From a virus: a DNA stretch of 64,000 nt. The translations under genes were made by a program, and so were the position numbers. The notes under the pieces are model-generated. The model saw nothing but the letters and a program-made list of their open reading frames with translations. It was not told the DNA's origin and searched no databases. Location of the stretch: positions 64,001 to 128,000 of IMG/VR virus record IMGVR_UViG_3300026488_000011. The stretch is one strand, 5' to 3'. This document shows positions 1 to 10,818 of this stretch, one piece after another; the stretch's first letter is position 1, and the number at the start of each line of letters is the position of its first letter.

Positions 1-1415
1 TCATCCATCCAGTATGGAGTATAAAGACCTTTTCTCATTTTTAATAAATCCACTGTACTTAGAAACGGTGGTACGTCGGGACTATATTGTTTAATTGTCC
101 ACCAGCCTCTAGTCTTAAGCAACATATTCCAATCATATCCAAGTTTTTCCAAATCTTCTCTCAGTTCTTTAGGACTACATAATAACCCTTGAGTTTTCAT
201 AACAGGTTGAAATGTGTGTAATTGTAATAATTCAGAAGTAATATTTACAGCTCTTCTTAATTTTTCATCTTGTTCTAACTTATTTCTCACAGTAGTCCTA
301 CTCAACTTCACATCTGGATAGAGTTCTAACCAATAGCTTCTTACTGATCCATCTAGTCCAAACTTATTAGTTTTAATATAATGGAATTCTGTTAAGCTAG
401 GTAGTACGCCTTCTGTCTGGCTAACTACTATTGGAAGAGTATATCCCGATGGACCGGACTTGCTCCTTACTTGTAATAAGTTTACTACATTCAGATCAGT
501 CTCAATATCGTCTTCACCCCTAGGATATTCTGGTTGTTTTGTAGACTGATTAATTAAGGCAGACGGACTAAATGTTTTCCAGTAATGAGTAGTTAAGAAC
601 ATTACTTTATCAGTAGCACCTTTAATCTTTTCGTCTTGCTTCATAAACTGTAGATCTTTTGTAGGTTTAGCAAATGGATTACCAGACATATCTATCTTTT
701 TACCTAAATGTGTACTGAAAAGAAAATAGATATTTGCTCTGTTAGATAATCCTGGCATGTCCTTCAACACCTTTGTTTTATATAATCCCTGTTTCATAAA
801 TAAGGTGTTTGTTTTATCTTCTTCAAGATTTTCTAACATGTCTATTGTAGTTTCTGATTCAAACTCTGTTAGAGAATCTATTTCTACAAACGATGGATAC
901 GGTAACTTTAAAGGTTCCTTTTTAAGGTTATCTAGAAAAGCTTCATATACTACCTCAACATCCTTATCTTCTTCTTTTTCCTTTACCATAGGATAAAGCT
1001 CTTCTTTTAACCATTTATTGGCCGGTAATTCTGATTTAGTCCTGATCACCCACTGACCTGTCATAATTGGATCCCTATCCAAATATTTTGTATGTTTATT
1101 CACTAAGTTATTATAACGGTCAGGATTTAATAACATATTGTCTTCTGTATCGTAAGTCTCCATCATAATTAATTCTGGATAACTAGCAGCCATTCTATCA
1201 GCTGCTGTGTACATCATATGGTGCATTAAGGTAGATTTAAACGTATTACCTAACCCAGCAAATCCTTCAATACTACTTAGTCCTCCATTTATAATAGATT
1301 CACCTTTAGCTCCTGTTACTATTGCTCCTGTAGGTATATCCAGTAAAGCACCTACATTTATTAACGGTCTTAATCTTAAGTTATTCGGTTTTCTTATTAA
1401 TTTTTTCTTAGCCAT
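1..1415 (-). CDS. uvsX: UvsX/RecA-like recombinase (phiKZ-type), C-terminus runs off the left edge
   Basis: Not in the ORF track. ATG at 1415 follows the SD AAGGAG. Reads MAKKKLIRKPNNLRLRPLINVGALLDIPTG...IINGGLSSIEGFAGLGNTFKST (variant Walker A), matching phiKZ-like UvsX. The same frame reads ...TPYWMD at the window edge. Confidence 0.85.
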   Translation of the reverse strand, partial: MAKKKLIRKPNNLRLRPLINVGALLDIPTGAIVTGAKGESIINGGLSSIEGFAGLGNTFKSTLMHHMMYTAADRMAASYPELIMMETYDTEDNMLLNPDRYNNLVNKHTKYLDRDPIMTGQWVIRTKSELPANKWLKEELYPMVKEKEEDKDVEVVYEAFLDNLKKEPLKLPYPSFVEIDSLTEFESETTIDMLENLEEDKTNTLFMKQGLYKTKVLKDMPGLSNRANIYFLFSTHLGKKIDMSGNPFAKPTKDLQFMKQDEKIKGATDKVMFLTTHYWKTFSPSALINQSTKQPEYPRGEDDIETDLNVVNLLQVRSKSGPSGYTLPIVVSQTEGVLPSLTEFHYIKTNKFGLDGSVRSYWLELYPDVKLSRTTVRNKLEQDEKLRRAVNITSELLQLHTFQPVMKTQGLLCSPKELREDLEKLGYDWNMLLKTRGWWTIKQYSPDVPPFLSTVDLLKMRKGLYTPYWMD

Positions 1416-1524
1416 AGTTTCTCCTTTATCTTTTTCATTCAGGAAATCATGTTGTAATAAAAAAGATTACATAGAGTAAACAAGTTACTTTGAAATAAAC
1501 GATAACATACAAAAAGGATAAAGC

Positions 1525-3339
1525 ATGGGTTTAAAAATAATCAGTATTAGTAAGTGGGATGATGAGAATACAGGCTTAACACATTACGCCACTACATGGC
1601 AAGTATCTGATTCTCCTGATTTTCAAAATGTATTGTTAGAAGAACCGGAATCTGAAACTTTCCTAGATACATGGGAAGTTAATTTAGCTATCCCTACTGG
1701 AGAAGTATACTATGTGAGAGCTAAAAGACATTTTAAAGATAGCGAAGGTAACGTCGTAGAAAATGATATTTGGCTAGGACCAGAGCCATTAATAGAGGCA
1801 TCGGAAATTAAAATAGAACCGCTTAAACCTAGTGTTTATGTAGAAGACCCATACGTGGAATTTGTATCTCTAGATGCTGAGAATGGTTTAAAATTAAGAG
1901 CCTTAGAACCTAAAGACGGTATAGGCGTAGTATCAGTAGACTGGACAATAAAGGCAGACGGTAAGACCGTTTATAGTATAATGGATAAAACTGAGGATCC
2001 GTTTGTACTTATTGTTTCTAACGATGTTTATAACTTTACTGCAGCAGAAGAGATTGAAGTATTAGTTAGATATAATGGTAAACTAGGCGTTTCTAGTAGA
2101 CTTTATAAAGACAAAATAGAGTTAACTAAAAGATTATTTCATTTAGACGTAGATTTAAGTAATTTCCCTCTAAACGAGAATACATTAGTAAATATAATTA
2201 GTGATAGCGATATAGGTGTGACTGTGTATAGTCCAGTTCTGATTACTACACTCGATAATAAAGTAATAGCTGAGGCACAAGTATTAGACGGCAATAAATT
2301 GGATATCCCAGCTTCGTATTTAAAACCTAACACTAGTTACAAGATAAGCATACCTGTAAGTTATGTAGACCCAGTTGAGAATGTAAAAAGATCTACAGAA
2401 GTGGTGTTTTATATCAAAACAGCCAAAGCTAGTGAAGCATTTACTATTAATCCTGATTATGAGTACAAGAATAGATTTGTGAGAGTAGGTTTAGTAGACC
2501 CTAAAGATTTTGACATAAAACCAATACCACAACACACAGAACAACCTATTACTGGAACAATACCTATGCTGGATTACAATGGTAGAATCGATCTTAAACT
2601 ACTGACTGGGTTAGAGAATGGATTTGGATTATCTAGTATCAAGAAACTATTCGATTATGATTCTGAAGCCATAAAATTCGAATTCCTTCCTTACAATAGA
2701 TTATTGGTATTCAGAAAACCAATAGATAAAGATCCTGTAATGGAATTATACGAATTCGATCCTTATAAAGATGAGCTAAAAGCCATTAAAACAAATGTCA
2801 TCTTTCCACAAGCAATGTCTATTATAGAAAGAAATCCAACGTTTATACTAGATGATAAGTTTGGATTCGGTATAGTTAATGAAGGTTCTTTAGAATTAAA
2901 TGTTATTGATAAAGATGGTAACATAGAGACAGTTAAAACTCTTACATTGCCAGGAGTAGAAGGTCTTAGAAATGTAACATTATCACAATTTGATTACGAT
3001 ACCCTAATGATAGTACCTGAGGGAGGCACCGTACCTACAAGATCTATTGTATATGATTTTAATAAAGACGATTTATTCCTAGGACCTGTAATTCCTGAAG
3101 ATTTTAGAAATAAACCATTAACTAATAATAGACTAATTAATGGTAACATCATTTACTTTAAATTAGACACTCCTGATGATTTCATGGTTTACAATAGAAA
3201 AACACATAGTTTCGACATTACTCTAAACGACTTAACAACAGAAAATAACTGGATCGGTAGTATCAAACTTAAATCAGGTAGACTATTAAAATACCTAATT
3301 GATAGTGACGGCAAAATCAACTTTTATCTATATGAGTAG
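1525..3339 (+). CDS. Putative virion structural protein (FN3/Ig-like N-terminus, beta-propeller-like C-terminus)
   Basis: 604 aa, beta-rich. Contains a THYATTWQVSDSPDF motif and repeated YD/FN beta-turn motifs at the C-terminus. Lies directly upstream of the tail sheath gene. Confidence 0.5.
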   Translation: MGLKIISISKWDDENTGLTHYATTWQVSDSPDFQNVLLEEPESETFLDTWEVNLAIPTGEVYYVRAKRHFKDSEGNVVENDIWLGPEPLIEASEIKIEPLKPSVYVEDPYVEFVSLDAENGLKLRALEPKDGIGVVSVDWTIKADGKTVYSIMDKTEDPFVLIVSNDVYNFTAAEEIEVLVRYNGKLGVSSRLYKDKIELTKRLFHLDVDLSNFPLNENTLVNIISDSDIGVTVYSPVLITTLDNKVIAEAQVLDGNKLDIPASYLKPNTSYKISIPVSYVDPVENVKRSTEVVFYIKTAKASEAFTINPDYEYKNRFVRVGLVDPKDFDIKPIPQHTEQPITGTIPMLDYNGRIDLKLLTGLENGFGLSSIKKLFDYDSEAIKFEFLPYNRLLVFRKPIDKDPVMELYEFDPYKDELKAIKTNVIFPQAMSIIERNPTFILDDKFGFGIVNEGSLELNVIDKDGNIETVKTLTLPGVEGLRNVTLSQFDYDTLMIVPEGGTVPTRSIVYDFNKDDLFLGPVIPEDFRNKPLTNNRLINGNIIYFKLDTPDDFMVYNRKTHSFDITLNDLTTENNWIGSIKLKSGRLLKYLIDSDGKINFYLYE

Positions 3340-3365
3340 AGTCAATACTCTACTCATATTTTTTT
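3330..3365 (+). terminator. Intrinsic terminator
   Basis: 13-bp stem ATATGAGTAGAGT/ACTCTACTCATAT with a 4-nt loop, followed by a T-run. Confidence 0.85.
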
Positions 3366-3435
3366 ATCTTTGGTCCATTATGATATTACTTTAGCATGAT
3401 TACTATTTTAGAATATTGAAATTAAAGGATTAAAC

Positions 3436-5622
3436 ATGGCAACAACACCAGTTAATGCAGCTCCTATGTTTATACCATTAGGAACTGACGATAAATCAAC
3501 TAGACCTATCACACCAGCACCAATTCCAATTCCATCACATCTACCTCTAGTATTCCTTAAAACAGCTAGAGGACCAGTAGTAGATGAAATGGGATTAGCA
3601 GTAAGAGAATTAGTAGACGGTAGTAAATTACTAAAGTTATACGGAGATAGAACTCTCGATGTAAATGATGTGTTTTACAATCATGCTACTAAATTAGCAA
3701 ATACTGTATTAGGGAAAGGTAATAGTATATTAGTTCAAAGACTAGTATCTGAGGATGCTAGAAATGTTAAAGCTAATATCACTGTGTACTTAGATGTATT
3801 ACCTACAAAAGTACCGAACTACAAAAGACACAGAGATGGTTCAATCGCATATGACGAAAACGGTGAACCTATCGAAGATGAAAATAGTCCAATTGACGGA
3901 TTTAAGGTAAAATTAGTAGGAATTTCTGAGAGATCTACAGATGATGTAAATCCTGCTACAAGCCCTATCGGTACAAAAACTACTTTACCTGGTACAATGG
4001 TAGATGACAGCGGTGAAAGTACTGTACGCTCACAAATGTACCCTATCTTAGAATTCCAAGCAATGTACCCAGGTAGTGATTATAACAACATTGGATTTGC
4101 CATTAATCTAATATCTAACGATATGATAAATCCTGATGTTATAGAACTTATTAAAGCACTGCCTTTCGAACTTTATGTTTACGAAAAGAAAGATGGTGTG
4201 CCTACTATTAAAAGAACGTTATTCGGATCACAGTACAAAGATTTCGTATTTAAACCAAATACAACTGATCCAATTACAAATAAACCATATACATTACCGG
4301 AAGTACTGTATAGAGAATGGTATAATACAGATAATATGGAATTACCTCTAGAATATCCTGATGTTCAGAAACCATACATTTACTACGATAATCTAGAATT
4401 CTTGTTAGCTGAATTTATTCAAACTGAGAAACCATATATCAATGCTGATATTGAAACAGTGGACGGCGTAATCGTAAATACGTCAGAATGGTTTGATTTC
4501 TTACCAGATGCTACTGATAATGAAAATAAATGGTTATTAAACCCATTTAACGCATTCTCTAGTAAGAGAGTAAAATACTTTTCAATAGTGTATGACGATT
4601 CTGCCGTAGATGATAAGATATACAAAAACGTATACTTTAATGCTAACTTGCCATTCTATTTAGCTAATGGTATAGACGGTGATCTAACAGAAGAGAAGTT
4701 TGAAGAACTAGTATCTGTAGAAATGGATAAGTATATTGATCCTAACAGTGAATTCATGGATCTAGCTAAAAACGTAGAATCAGTATTTTACGACAGTGGA
4801 TTCAGTATAGACGTTAAGAAAAAACTGGCTAACTTCATAGGCTTAAGAAAAGATACATTTTTAGTATTAAGTACTAGAGAAGATAAACTAGGTGATAAGT
4901 TCGTAGATTTATCTACAGAAAGAGCTATTGCTATTAACCTAAAAGCTAGATTACAATTATTCCCAGAATCTACATTCTTCGGAACTCCAGTGGCTAGAGC
5001 TATGATTGTAGCAGGCAATGGTATTGATAAAAACGATAACACTAACCACAGATGGCCGTTAACTTTACACGTAGCTGCTAAAGCTGCTAGAATGATGGGT
5101 GCTGGTAACGGTAAATGGAATCCTAACTATCTATTCTTCAAAGGTGAAGATAACGTAATTGAACAGTTTATAGACGTGCAGCCGGCATTCGTGCCTCAAG
5201 GTGTTAAACCAGCACTATGGTCAGCAGGATTGGTATGGCCAGAGAAATATGATTTTAGAAGATACTACTTCCCAGCAATGCAAACAGTATATGACGATGA
5301 TACTAGTATCCTGAATAACTTTGCTGTAGGTATGGCTATTACTAAGATAACAAAAGTAGCGGCAGCTGCGCATAGAAAATTCTCAGGAGTAGTAGAATAT
5401 ACTCCAGACAGATTAATAGAAGAAGTTGAAAACTATATGATGTCTGAACTTAAAGATAGATTTGCTGGGGTTGTAAAACCTGTAGTAAAAGTAATGATTA
5501 CTGATTATGATAAAGAAAGAGGCTATAGCTGGACAACTGTTGTTAAAATGTATGCTAACAACATGAGAACTGTTAACACATTCTCTATCGAAGCTTGGAG
5601 ATTAGAGGACTATACAGGGTAA
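3436..5622 (+). CDS. Contractile tail sheath protein (phiKZ gp29-like)
   Basis: 728 aa. N-terminal NAAP..G.DDKS...HLPL...ARGP and C-terminal GYSWTTVVKMYANNMRTV are characteristic of phiKZ-like sheaths. Confidence 0.9.
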   Translation: MATTPVNAAPMFIPLGTDDKSTRPITPAPIPIPSHLPLVFLKTARGPVVDEMGLAVRELVDGSKLLKLYGDRTLDVNDVFYNHATKLANTVLGKGNSILVQRLVSEDARNVKANITVYLDVLPTKVPNYKRHRDGSIAYDENGEPIEDENSPIDGFKVKLVGISERSTDDVNPATSPIGTKTTLPGTMVDDSGESTVRSQMYPILEFQAMYPGSDYNNIGFAINLISNDMINPDVIELIKALPFELYVYEKKDGVPTIKRTLFGSQYKDFVFKPNTTDPITNKPYTLPEVLYREWYNTDNMELPLEYPDVQKPYIYYDNLEFLLAEFIQTEKPYINADIETVDGVIVNTSEWFDFLPDATDNENKWLLNPFNAFSSKRVKYFSIVYDDSAVDDKIYKNVYFNANLPFYLANGIDGDLTEEKFEELVSVEMDKYIDPNSEFMDLAKNVESVFYDSGFSIDVKKKLANFIGLRKDTFLVLSTREDKLGDKFVDLSTERAIAINLKARLQLFPESTFFGTPVARAMIVAGNGIDKNDNTNHRWPLTLHVAAKAARMMGAGNGKWNPNYLFFKGEDNVIEQFIDVQPAFVPQGVKPALWSAGLVWPEKYDFRRYYFPAMQTVYDDDTSILNNFAVGMAITKITKVAAAAHRKFSGVVEYTPDRLIEEVENYMMSELKDRFAGVVKPVVKVMITDYDKERGYSWTTVVKMYANNMRTVNTFSIEAWRLEDYTG

Positions 5623-5669
5623 TCCTGTAATCCTCTTCTCTTATTACAAAAAATATAAAGGAAGTTAAA

Positions 5670-6593
5670 ATGGCTATTAATGTAAATTCTAACAACGTAA
5701 CAGTAAGTGCATTTGAAGCAGTTACTAAAGATGGAGCTACTGAAACATGGGCTAGTAAACTACCTAGCGTTGACCTAAGACATGGTGGACAATGGGGATA
5801 TTTACCTTCTATAGGTGGAGTAAGAGACGGTAAAGCTATCCATTCATGGATGTACAATCAAAGATACATCAGAAGAGATATTATACCTGTAGTCTTACAA
5901 TCTCCTAGAGTATTTGACTTACTACCTAACAGTGAGTATTGGCATGCCGCGTATAAAGCACTATGGGAAAGACATGCTAGAATTATCGAGGGATTAAATT
6001 CTTCATTATCTGTAGAAGTAGGAGAAACTGATTTAGGCTTGGAAGGTGCTAGTCTTGAAGAACCTACTAACGTAACAAGAGAGAAAACAAATGTATCTAC
6101 TACATTAGACGAGAAGTATGGTAACCCTATCGAAGTACTAATCGACATCAACATTAGATTCGGGTTTATGGATCCTGACACTAAAGCACCGTTATTAACT
6201 ACTCTAGAGGGTGCTGAAAACATTGGCGTACATAGTCCTGAATGGTGGACAGGTACAGTATTATTTATAGAACCAGACGTGTTACAAAGAAATGTAGTGC
6301 ATTCATGGTTAGTGTCTAACTTATTCCCTAGAATGAATCCAGACATCATTGGTAAAAAAGAAAAGAAAGCTGCTAAGGAAATGAAAGAGATGACTATCGA
6401 CTGGGGTGGTCTGGCATTACCTCCGACTAACATCCATGTAAGAAACTTAGCACAAGAAATTCTTGACAATATGAAATTATACACATTAACACCAGATCAA
6501 ATCCTATTACCTGCTGATAAAGTTTCAGCAACATTATCTGGATTTAAAGATATGGATGTTTATTACCAAATGAATAACACTAATGAATCTTAA
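5670..6593 (+). CDS. Tail tube protein (phiKZ gp30-like)
   Basis: 307 aa following the sheath gene. Motifs HGGQWGY, HARIIEGLNSSL, EKYGNPI and MDPDTK. Confidence 0.8.
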   Translation: MAINVNSNNVTVSAFEAVTKDGATETWASKLPSVDLRHGGQWGYLPSIGGVRDGKAIHSWMYNQRYIRRDIIPVVLQSPRVFDLLPNSEYWHAAYKALWERHARIIEGLNSSLSVEVGETDLGLEGASLEEPTNVTREKTNVSTTLDEKYGNPIEVLIDINIRFGFMDPDTKAPLLTTLEGAENIGVHSPEWWTGTVLFIEPDVLQRNVVHSWLVSNLFPRMNPDIIGKKEKKAAKEMKEMTIDWGGLALPPTNIHVRNLAQEILDNMKLYTLTPDQILLPADKVSATLSGFKDMDVYYQMNNTNES

Positions 6594-6681
6594 TATCACA
6601 TAGGACTTATGTCCTATGTGATATAATTTTGTTTTTAATTAAAGAAAAAAAAAGAGTCACTAGAGGTTTAACCTCTAGTGA
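6594..6681. terminator. Two hairpin terminators between convergent genes
   Basis: TATCACATAGGAC-ttat-GTCCTATGTGATA (6594-6623) and TCACTAGAGGT-tta-ACCTCTAGTGA (6657-6681), flanked by T/A runs. Confidence 0.8.
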
Positions 6682-7114
6682 TTGCTTCTTCCAATTCGTC
6701 TCTAAGCTCTCTAATGTGTGATTTAGACACATGTGCCATTTGGGTAGACACTTTAACTTTAATAGAAGGCTTCTTAACAACTTTGTCTGTACCAGGAATT
6801 CTTACTTCCTTTTCTCTTTCTATAAAAACTTCAATTTTGTCACTTTTAACTAAGCCGTATGGCATTGCTGTCTCAATTCTCTTCACGTTTTTATCGCTAA
6901 AGATGCCTTTAGCTTCTTCTACTGTAGTATCCACCGCAGCCCTCACATATGACTGCATAACTTTTGTTACTTTCTTAAACTCTTTCTCAGTAACGTCATG
7001 CTCGTTCAAATAGTTTTTAAATACGTTTTCGTCTTTAGGCTTCACAACAGCCACGCCGTCATTTACCTCTACATCAAATTCTACACCGTTTAAAATCATT
7101 TTTTCTTTTGCCAT
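6668..7114 (-). CDS. Early hypothetical protein, possibly HU/IHF-like DNA-binding
   Basis: Start moved to ATG 7114 (SD AAGGAG), giving 148 aa. Basic C-terminal arm EREKEVRIPGTDKVVKKPSIKVKV. Early-promoter motif upstream. Confidence 0.55.
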   Translation of the reverse strand: MAKEKMILNGVEFDVEVNDGVAVVKPKDENVFKNYLNEHDVTEKEFKKVTKVMQSYVRAAVDTTVEEAKGIFSDKNVKRIETAMPYGLVKSDKIEVFIEREKEVRIPGTDKVVKKPSIKVKVSTQMAHVSKSHIRELRDELEEAITRG

Positions 7115-7142
7115 TATAGCTCCTTTTCTTGTTTTGTTTTCG

Positions 7143-7156
7143 ACTAAATAATATAC
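7143..7156 (-). promoter_or_regulatory. phiKZ-type early promoter motif
   Basis: GTATATTATTTAGT followed by an A-rich leader and SD. Confidence 0.55.
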
Positions 7157-7224
7157 CAACAAAAAATCATGAATTCAATACCTCTTCTACACTGATCTCA
7201 TGAATATTAAATAAGGAGAAAAAT

Positions 7225-8283
7225 ATGGGAATCACTACGAACGACTTAAGCTTTGTTAAAGATATAAACAGTTCGTTTACAGATTTGATAAAAGCTACAG
7301 AAAATAAAAGCAATAAGACACCTAGTATAAATAAATTACCTAGTTATAAAATAAACAGTCTAGGTGGTTTAAAAGAGGTAGACAATAAAACGCTAGAGGC
7401 AGATCTTAAAACATCTGATATGATATCGATAGATGATATACGAGAAAACGTAAATGATTTACTAAAGAACGAAGAAGTTAGATTAATTTTAAAAGATGTG
7501 GTAAAAAACACTAGCATTGAATTAGACGCTACGACATTAGCTAAGATAAGATCCAGTCTAGTAGAAGAGGTAAGTAAGAAACTAGACGGCAATGAACTAA
7601 CGCTGAAAGCTAAGAATGACCTAAAAAGTCTAATTAAAAAATTATGTAATGGCTCCGGTAAGAACAGATTTAATCTAAATAAAAACTTAAAAGATATGTT
7701 AAAAGGTCTGGGTTTAGCCGAGTTATTAAAGCTTATAAGATGTATAGGCGATCCAGCTACTTATCTTACTAATATAGTAAATGGTTTAAAATCAGCTCCA
7801 AGTAAAGCTGGAAACATTGCGTTTAAATCAATACTCAAAACCGGTAAAATAGATTTTGCTAAAATCGGTAAGGTCGTATCCGATTCTACTATTAACGGAA
7901 TCGCCAAAACTAATCCTGGTGTAGGTAAACTTATATTAGAATCCAAAGTAATGAAGAACAAAGAAACCAGTAATCTCGATAGTGAAAGTAAAAAGATAAT
8001 ACTCAACAACAGCCTTTATGCTGCTAATGACGAAGTTTATAATTCAGATAAGACATGGTCGAGTTTTGCTAGTGATGTCGCTAAATATAAAACTAAAAAG
8101 ACAGCCAGCGGATTAAGCACAGATACATTAATTTCTGTATATAGCGGAATGAGTGTAAATGATTTTGATGATCCTACTTTTCATAAAACGAAAAGTAATG
8201 ATAAAAAACCTCAAGCTGTTAAAAATGAAACAGACTTTGTAAGTCAATTAGGTATTAAATTCAAAGAACAACAATTCGTATAA
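7225..8283 (+). CDS. Hypothetical protein, probable virion protein
   Basis: 352 aa with a good SD, in the tail gene neighbourhood; no motif recognised. Confidence 0.55.
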   Translation: MGITTNDLSFVKDINSSFTDLIKATENKSNKTPSINKLPSYKINSLGGLKEVDNKTLEADLKTSDMISIDDIRENVNDLLKNEEVRLILKDVVKNTSIELDATTLAKIRSSLVEEVSKKLDGNELTLKAKNDLKSLIKKLCNGSGKNRFNLNKNLKDMLKGLGLAELLKLIRCIGDPATYLTNIVNGLKSAPSKAGNIAFKSILKTGKIDFAKIGKVVSDSTINGIAKTNPGVGKLILESKVMKNKETSNLDSESKKIILNNSLYAANDEVYNSDKTWSSFASDVAKYKTKKTASGLSTDTLISVYSGMSVNDFDDPTFHKTKSNDKKPQAVKNETDFVSQLGIKFKEQQFV

Positions 8284-8294
8284 AAGGAAGTATT

Positions 8295-8717
8295 ATGAAG
8301 ATATGGGAAAAAGTTGATATAGAAGGATTATCATTAGCGGACAATTTGTCTGATAAAATGCTGGCGTTAATAGTAGCTAGCGATGCCGATAATTCAATAC
8401 TGAATTCAGTAGATACTACTGGAAATATAGAGTTTCTAAAAACTATAAACGAAAATGAAAATCTAGGACTGAACAATTCTATGTTAATGCTAGCTCACTT
8501 ATTAGGTGGCGGATATAAAGATATCTCATTAGGTTACTTAATATTATTCAAACAGATAGTCGATAGTTTAAAGAACAAGAATCAATTGCAAGTCTTAAAG
8601 ACACCTATTCCTCTAAGAAAGGAATTTAAGACAAAAGTACTGCCTCTATTGGAGAATGATGACATTGATTATTCACATATTTTTAAAAAATATAAAACTG
8701 GAGAGATAGGAGATTAA
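8295..8717 (+). CDS. Hypothetical protein
   Basis: 140 aa, SD present, same strand as and immediately after the previous ORF. Confidence 0.6.
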   Translation: MKIWEKVDIEGLSLADNLSDKMLALIVASDADNSILNSVDTTGNIEFLKTINENENLGLNNSMLMLAHLLGGGYKDISLGYLILFKQIVDSLKNKNQLQVLKTPIPLRKEFKTKVLPLLENDDIDYSHIFKKYKTGEIGD

Positions 8718-8730
8718 TCTCCTATCTCTC
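8701..8730. terminator. Bidirectional terminator
   Basis: Perfect 30-bp palindrome GAGAGATAGGAGATTAATCTCCTATCTCTC between convergent genes. Confidence 0.85.
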
Positions 8731-10818
8731 TTATTGATTTTCTATATAGTTTACAGATTTATTCTCAAGAATATCTTTTACAAAGTCTGGCGTAATATCG
8801 TATAATTTTGCAGCAGTATAACTATTGCTAAATACTTTATCTACATTAGCTTTCATTCTAGCTAAGTTTAATTTAGCTTGTGGTACGAAAAACGTACTAT
8901 CGTTTAGATTTCTAGCTGCCAGAGTAGATATAAATCTATTAATAGCTGAATCTTGATTAAAGCTAGTAAATGCTTCCATACCTATATCTGTCACAATTGG
9001 TACTGTCATTATCTTGCTAAAGTCAGTAACTGTGAAGGTAACATCAATTGCTAGCGGTCTGCGCTGTTTATTAAACGGAAGATTAGATACTCCTCTTTCT
9101 ATTGTTAATGAAGTAATCATACCCAACTTAATATTATCATAACCTCTTAAAAACATACTGCATAAGAATGGAGACGTATAACTAGATGGTCCTGTAGCTC
9201 TAGGTAATGCTCCCGCCATCAATGCCGCTAAAGGTATATAAATATTTCTTAGCTGACTAATAGGATTTCCGTAAGGAGATATTAACCTAATTTTAAATGT
9301 ATGTTCTGGGAAGCTAGCACTGCTGTCTATCCATCTTTTAGGTATGTCTAAATTAGCATTACCTAAAAGAGCTGTCAGTACATTCGATAATCCAAACGTA
9401 ATTTGATCCAGCGCACCCATAGCAAAGTCTTTTAGTCCTTTTATTAAATCATCTACACCGGGCAATACACCTCCGGCTAAATCATATTTTAAAGATTTAG
9501 ATTTACTACCAATTGATTTTAACATACCTTCTAATTCAATATCTCCTACTTCGTTATTAAAAGATACTGATACTGGTCCAGGATTTTCTACTCTGAAAAC
9601 TGCATACGTAGCACCTCCTTCTAACATGGCTTTATAATGGTCAAATACACTATTTAATTTTTCAGGATCATCCATAGGAGTATTACCTCTATCAATTCTA
9701 CCCTCTTTGTCGTAAACTTCGACTTCGCCTGGTAGTTTATCTTTAATAGTAACAGAATTAGATTTAGGTTCTTCTTTACCATATTGCCACGATTTAGATA
9801 ATGTTTCTCTCACGTACTTAAAGTAATCAGATTTTTTCTCTCTAACATGTATAGGAGCTTCTAATAACTCTCTTGCTAGTCTTTTTACATCAGGAGCTTT
9901 TTGACTAGCTTCGTATAGCTCCATTTCTTTCTTATGCATATACGCTGCTAATCTCTGAGTCTTAGTGATCATAGAGAATACGTCTATGTAATTGTCTCCT
10001 GTTATTATATCAGGCATGTATTGTCTAATAAACCTCAAGTCTTCGTCGTCTAGTTTAATAGGTAATCCGAGTTTATTCTTATCAGCCTTACCAAACATAG
10101 GGCTGATTAAACCTAACTCAGTAGCAAACATAGTTACTAATGAATTCACGCTAGACCAGTATTCAAACATAGCAGGCTTCATATGGTAATAACTAAATCT
10201 ACCAGGCCCTGCCACTACATCGTAAATAGTGGATAATGTCTTTCTTAATACTACTGCTGCTAGGCCTACCACACCAAATCCCATAGTAATAGCGACTATC
10301 CCATATATCTGACCTAGATTATACATAAATGGGCTTCTGCCTTCATTAGCTATTACCGATTGTTTATAATCGGCTGCATTAAGAATAAATGTAAACAAGT
10401 TATTAAACTCAGGCACTCCAAATGTCATAAAGACATCAAAACTATTATCATCTATAACTTCTCCGTAGTATCTACCCATACCTATATTACCGCTAATATT
10501 ATTGACAGTTACTTCATTTCTACTACTCAATCTTCCCTTTAATCTAATATCTGAATATCTAGTAAATTGCGGATAAACATTTATAGGTATATTACCTCCT
10601 AAACTAGTATCCGTAAATTTGGTTTCAGTAATGGACCAGTATCTATTAAATTTATCCTCTTCTGTTAGTTCAGTAGACTTTACCATAAATGAATCAAATA
10701 CCCACTCATCGTCATTAGGTTCTACTTCGTCACCGATATATGAGGAAGTATTTCTATATTTTCTTATTACGTAATCGTCTTCTAAAAGACTATCGACATC
10801 GTTTAAAAAGTCATTCAT
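8731..10818 (-). CDS. Conserved phiKZ-like virion structural protein (putative baseplate/tail)
   Basis: 695 aa. KFTDTSLGGNIPINVYPQFTRYSDIR, GMGRYYGEVID and SPFLC...G.ITSLTIERG motifs resemble a conserved phiKZ-like virion family. Confidence 0.65.
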   Translation of the reverse strand: MNDFLNDVDSLLEDDYVIRKYRNTSSYIGDEVEPNDDEWVFDSFMVKSTELTEEDKFNRYWSITETKFTDTSLGGNIPINVYPQFTRYSDIRLKGRLSSRNEVTVNNISGNIGMGRYYGEVIDDNSFDVFMTFGVPEFNNLFTFILNAADYKQSVIANEGRSPFMYNLGQIYGIVAITMGFGVVGLAAVVLRKTLSTIYDVVAGPGRFSYYHMKPAMFEYWSSVNSLVTMFATELGLISPMFGKADKNKLGLPIKLDDEDLRFIRQYMPDIITGDNYIDVFSMITKTQRLAAYMHKKEMELYEASQKAPDVKRLARELLEAPIHVREKKSDYFKYVRETLSKSWQYGKEEPKSNSVTIKDKLPGEVEVYDKEGRIDRGNTPMDDPEKLNSVFDHYKAMLEGGATYAVFRVENPGPVSVSFNNEVGDIELEGMLKSIGSKSKSLKYDLAGGVLPGVDDLIKGLKDFAMGALDQITFGLSNVLTALLGNANLDIPKRWIDSSASFPEHTFKIRLISPYGNPISQLRNIYIPLAALMAGALPRATGPSSYTSPFLCSMFLRGYDNIKLGMITSLTIERGVSNLPFNKQRRPLAIDVTFTVTDFSKIMTVPIVTDIGMEAFTSFNQDSAINRFISTLAARNLNDSTFFVPQAKLNLARMKANVDKVFSNSYTAAKLYDITPDFVKDILENKSVNYIENQ

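Noticed and set aside
757-1479. Plus-strand ORFs 757-996 and 1207-1479
   Set aside because: Antisense shadows of uvsX on the minus strand.
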